Shown in pieces: positions 58,980 to 64,000 of a stretch of DNA of 64,000 nt. Numbering within the stretch: position 1 is the stretch's first letter; each line of letters opens with the position of its first letter. The stretch is from Eledone cirrhosa. Lineage: Eukaryota. The position numbers and the translations under genes were made by a program. The notes below the pieces were generated by a model. That model saw only the letters and a program-made list of their open reading frames with translations, was not told the DNA's origin and searched no databases. The DNA is taken from contig OZ024741.1 of assembly GCA_964016885.1 (NCBI GenBank), positions 401,326,001 through 401,390,000 of the forward strand, given 5' to 3'.

Positions 58980-59657
58980 ATAGAACTAGTACTTCTCTTA
59001 ATTGAGATATCACAGCTTTGTTATTATAGGCATGTGGTTAGAATGTCACAGGGAAGAATCATTGGACATATTTATAGCTCAGAGATCAGAGAGTCGTTAT
59101 TGGTAGAGCTGCTACTTCTCTAAATTGAGAGATCCCCAGCTCTGATACTTTGGACATGTGGTTAGAATATCTCGGGGAAGAATCATTGGACAGATTTGTA
59201 GCTCGGAGATCAGAGAGTCATTACTGGTAGAGCTGCTATTTCTCTAAATTGAGAGATCACAGCTCTGGTACTATGAACATGTTGTTAGAATGTCTCAGGG
59301 AAGAACCACTGGACAGATTTGTAGCTCGGAGATCAGAGAATCGCCCTTAGTAGAGCCACTACTTCATCGAATTGAGAGATCACAGCTCTGATACTACAGA
59401 TATGTGGTTAGAATGTCTCAGGAAAGAATTGCTGGACAGATTTGTGAGCAAAACCAACTGGCAGGAGACCTAGGGGTAAGCTCTCAGAAAGATGGTTGGA
59501 TAACATCCATGAGCTTGGCTGGTCTTGCCTGGGGATCAAGCCGGATAAGTTGGAGATGGTTGCTTCTGACAGGACCCACTAGGAGGAGTATTTGAGGACT
59601 TTTCCCCCAGGACCCTCTCAGGAATAAGTAGAAGAAGAAGAAGAAGAAGAAGAAAAA
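58980..59657 (+). mobile_element. RTE-like LINE 3' fragment with a ~123-bp segment tandemly repeated ~4 times and an (AAG)n tail
   Basis: Repeats of ..IERSQL..GHVVRMSQGRI..; then RWLDNIHELGW; (AAG)n at 59630-59654. Confidence 0.75.
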
Positions 59658-59796
59658 GATCACCACCACTTATTTCATTTCTGTTAATTAGATTCACTAG
59701 TTTTGTTTTGTTTTTACTTGTTTTGTTTTTACTTTGTTTTAACATTGATTTTTTTTTAATATTGACTATTGATAATTGATTATGGTTAAATTATAG

Positions 59797-59938
59797 TGAG
59801 TGTAATCATGGACTTTGGAATTGTGGTGAAAAGGTTTGTCCAGTAATGTGCCGAGTACTTGGAAGATCCAACATTAAAACTTTTGATGGAAGTTTTTATG
59901 ATTTTGAACCATCAGCTTGTGAATATACATTGCTAGAA
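59797..59938 (+). CDS. Host gene exon g: CECNHGLWNCGEKVCPVMCRVLGRSNIKTFDGSFYDFEPSACEYTLLE (start of next VWD)
   Basis: ttatag acceptor, gtaagt donor; phase 2 matches exon f; C...G....TFDG..Y.F...C.Y.L is the VWD signature. Confidence 0.93.
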
Positions 59939-60044
59939 GTAAGTTATATCATTTCGTGAATATTATTTTGTTAAACATTAGAAGAGGGCAGTGGATACCA
60001 AGTTTTGTGGTATAGAGTTACGTTTCTTTACACTCTGAGTTCAA

Positions 60045-63000
60045 ATCCCATGACCCAAGCTCAATAGTTTGACCACATCCCATGACCCCAGATCAATAGT
60101 TAAATGACATCCCATGACCACAGTTCAATAGTTTAACAACATCCCATGACCCCAGTTCGATAGTTTGACAACCGCACATGACCCCAGTTCAAGAGTTTAA
60201 TGACATCCCATGACTCCAGTTCAATAGTTTCACAACATCCCATGAACCCAGTACAATAGTTTGATGATATCCCATAACATCCCATAACATCCCATGAACC
60301 CAGTTCAGTAGTTTAATGATATCCCATGACCCCTGTTCAATAGTTTGACAACATCCCATGACCCTAGTTCAATAGTTTGACAACATCCCATGACCCCAGT
60401 TCAATTGCTTGATGACATCCCATAACCCCAGTTCAATAGTTTCACAACATCCCATGACCCCAGTTCAATAGTTTGATGCGATCCCATCACCCCTGTTCAA
60501 TAGTCTGAGAACATCCCATGAGCCTAGTTCAATAGTTTGACATCACATGACTCCAGTTCAAAAGTTTAATGACATCCCTTGACCCCAGTTCAATAGTTTC
60601 ATGACATCCCATGACCCCTCTTCAATGGTTTGACAATATCCCATGACCCCAGTTCAATAGTTTGATGACATCCCATCACCCCTGTTCAATAGTTTAAAAA
60701 AATCCCATGACCCCAGTTCAATAGTTAGATGACATCCCATAAACCCAGTTCAATAGTTTGATGACATCGCATAACCCCAGTTCAATAGTTTAATGACATC
60801 CCATGACCTCAGTTCAATAGTTTGATGACATCCCATGACACCTGTTCAATAGTTTGACATCAAAGGACCCGGTTCAATAGTTTGACAACATCCCATGACC
60901 CCTATTCAATAGTTTGATGACATCCCATGACCCCAGTTTAATAGTTTGACAACATCCCATAACCCCAGTTCAATAGTTTAATGACATCCCATAACCCCAG
61001 TTCAATAGTATGACAACATACATGACCCCAGTTCAATAGTTTGATGACGTCCTATAATCACAGTTCAATAGTTTGACAACATCACATGACCCCTTTTCAA
61101 TGGTTTGATGACATCCCATAACCCCAGTTCAATAGATTGACAGCATCTCATAACTCCAGTTCAATAGTTTAATGACATCCCATGACCCCAGTTCAATATT
61201 TTGACATCACATGAACCCAGTTGAATAGTTTGATGACATCCCATGACCCCAGTTCAATAGTTTGATGATATCCCATATAACCCAGTTCAATAGTTTGGCA
61301 ACATCACATGACCCCAGTTCAATAGTTTGACAACATCCCATAACCCTATTTCAATAGTTTAGTGACATCCCATGACCCCAGTTCAAAAGTTTGAAAACAT
61401 CACATGACCCCAGTCCAATAGTTTGATGACATACCATAACCCAAGTTCAATAGTTTGATGACATCCCACAACCCCAGTTCAATAGTTTAATGACATTCCA
61501 TGACTCCAGTTCAATAGTTTAATGACATCCCATGACCCCTGTTCAATAGTTTGATGACATCCCATAACCCCAGTTCAATAGTTTGACAACATCCCATGAC
61601 CCCTGTTCAATAGTTTAATGACATCCCATGACCCCTGTTCAATAGTTTAATGACATCTCATGACCCCAGTTCGATAGTTTGACAACCGCACATGACCCCA
61701 GTTTAAGAGTTTAATGACATCCCATGACTCCAGTTCAATAGTTTCACAACATCACATGACCCCAGTACAATAGTTTGATGATATCCCATAACCCCAGTTC
61801 AATAGTTAGACCACATCCCATAACCCTAGGTCAATAGTTTAATGACATCCCTGACGCCAGTTCAATAGTTTGACAACATCACATGACCTCAGTGCAATAG
61901 TTTGATGGCATCCCATAACCCCAGTTCAATAGTTTGACTACATCCCATGACCCCAGTTCAATAGTTTAATGAAATCCCTTAACCCCAGTACAATAGTTTG
62001 ACAACGTCACATGACCCCAGTTCAATAGTTTGATGACACCCCATAACCCCAGTTCAATAGTTTGACATCACATGACCGTTGTACAATAGTTTGATGACAT
62101 CCCATGACCCCAGTTCTATGTTTCACAGCATCACATAACCCCAGTTCAATAGTTTAATGACATCCCATGACCCCAGTTTAATAGTTTGACATCACATGAC
62201 CCCAGTTCAATAGTTTGATGACATCCCATGACCCCAGTTCAAAAGTTTGATGACATCCCATATAACCAAGTTCAATAGTTTGACAACATCCCATAATCCT
62301 AGTTCAATAGTTTAATGACATCCCATGACCCCAGTTCAATAGTTGGACAACATCCGATGAACCCAGTTCAATAGTTTAATGAAATCCCATGGCACCAGTT
62401 CAATAGTTTTACAACATCACATGACCCCAGTTCAATAGTTTGACAACATCCCATAACCCTAGTTCAATAGTTTAATGACATCCTATGACCACAGTTCAAT
62501 AGTTTGACAACATCCAATAACCCTAGTTCAATAGTTTAATGACATCCCATAACCCCAGTTCAATAGTTTGACAACATCCCACAACCCTAGTTCAATAGTT
62601 TAATGACATCCCATGACCCCAGTTCAATAGTTTAATGACATACGATAACCCCAGTTTAATAGATTGACAACATCACATGACCCCAGTTCAAAGGTTTGAA
62701 AAAAATCACATGACCCCAGTCCAATAGTTTGATGACATACCATAACCCCAGTTCAATAGTTTAATGACATCCCATGACCCCAGTTCAATAGTTTAATGAC
62801 ATACGATAACCCCAGTTTAATAGTTTGACAACATCACATGACCCCTATTCAATAGTTTGATGACATCCCATAACCCCAGTTCAATAGTTTAATGTCATCC
62901 CATGACTCCAGTTCAATAGTTTGAAAACATCACATGACCCTAGTTCAATAGTTAGACCACATCCCATGACCCTAGGTCAATAATTTAATGACATCTCATG

Positions 63001-64000
63001 ACCCCAGTTCAATAGTTTGACAAAATCACATGACCCCAGTGCAATAGTTTGATGACATCCCATAACCCCAGTTCAATAGTTTGATAATATTCCATAACCC
63101 AAGTTCAATAGTTTAATGACATCCCATAACCCCATTTCAATAGTTTAATGACATACCATGACCCCAGTTCAATAGTTTAATGACATCCCATAACACCAGT
63201 TCAATAGTTTGACAACATCCGATGAACCCTGTTCAATAGTTTGATGACATCGCATAACCCCAGTTCAATAGTTTGACTGCATCCCATGACACCAGTTCAA
63301 TAGTTTAATGAAATCCCATAACCCCAGTACAATAGTTTGACAACATTACATGACCCCAGTTCAATAGTTTGATGACATCCCATAACCCCAGTTCAATAGT
63401 TTGCCAACATCCCATGACCCTAGTTCAATAGTTTAATGACATCCCATGACGCCAGTTCAATAGTTTCACAACATCACATGACCCCAGTTCAATAGATTGA
63501 TGACATCCCAGAACCCCAGTTCAATAGTTTGACAACATCCTATAGCCCTAGTTCAATAGTTTAATGACATCCCATGACCTCAGTTCAATAGTTTGACAAG
63601 ATCACATGACCCCTGTTCAATGGTTTGACAACATCCCATAACCCTAGTTCAATAGTTTAATGACATCCCATGACCACAGTTCAATAGTTTGACAACATCC
63701 CACAACCCTAGTTCAATAGTTTAATGACATCCCATGACCCCAGTTCAATAGTCTAACAACATCACATGACCCCTGTTCAATGGTTTGACAACATAACATG
63801 ACCCCAGTTCAAAGGTTTGACAACATCACATGAACCCAGTCCAATAGTTTGATGACATATCATAACCCCAGTTCAATAGTTTGATGACATCCTACAACCC
63901 CAGTTCAATAGTTTAATGACATTCCATGTTTCCAGTTCAATAGTTTAATGACATTCCATGACCCCTGTTCAATAGTTTGACAACATCACATGACCCCTGT
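60045..64000. repeat. 32-bp tandem array (>120 copies, runs off the window)
   Basis: Unit TGATGACATCCCATGACCCCAGTTCAATAGTT. Confidence 0.97.

Noticed and set aside
46079-64000. CRISPR-like regular repeats
   Set aside because: They are head-to-tail monomers without unique spacers, there are no cas genes, and the context is eukaryotic.

Overview
This is animal (eukaryotic) genomic DNA, very AT- and microsatellite-rich; the repeat landscape suggests a mollusc, probably an octopod cephalopod (inference). The host locus is seven in-frame + strand exons (32725-59938) of a VWD-C8-TIL-VWD protein of the gel-forming mucin / vWF / SCO-spondin / hemolectin type, missed by the ORF track. The first ~32.6 kb, intronic or upstream of those exons, is a (TA)n tract repeatedly invaded by Penelope-like elements (PLEs). 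These comprise three Naiad-type copies (one apparently intact apart from a homopolymer frameshift), one near-full-length Neptune-type copy, GIY-YIG fragments and non-coding inverted pseudo-LTR (pLTR) remnants, plus an RTE LINE. The main hidden layer is about 18 type-I hammerhead ribozyme (HHR) motifs, some degenerate, from roughly ten sequence families. They include U3-A8 and C4 core variants, palindromic stem III and stem II extensions up to ~105 nt. Downstream introns hold a Gypsy > CR1/L2 > R4/Dong nested insertion, CRE-like fragments, SINEs and several tandem arrays (48, 42, 46, 40, 29, ~123 and 32 bp). The 40-bp and ~123-bp arrays visibly derive from adjacent LINE sequence, and the 48-bp array resembles a dispersed repeat. 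The many (YI)n-type ORFs are microsatellite artefacts.
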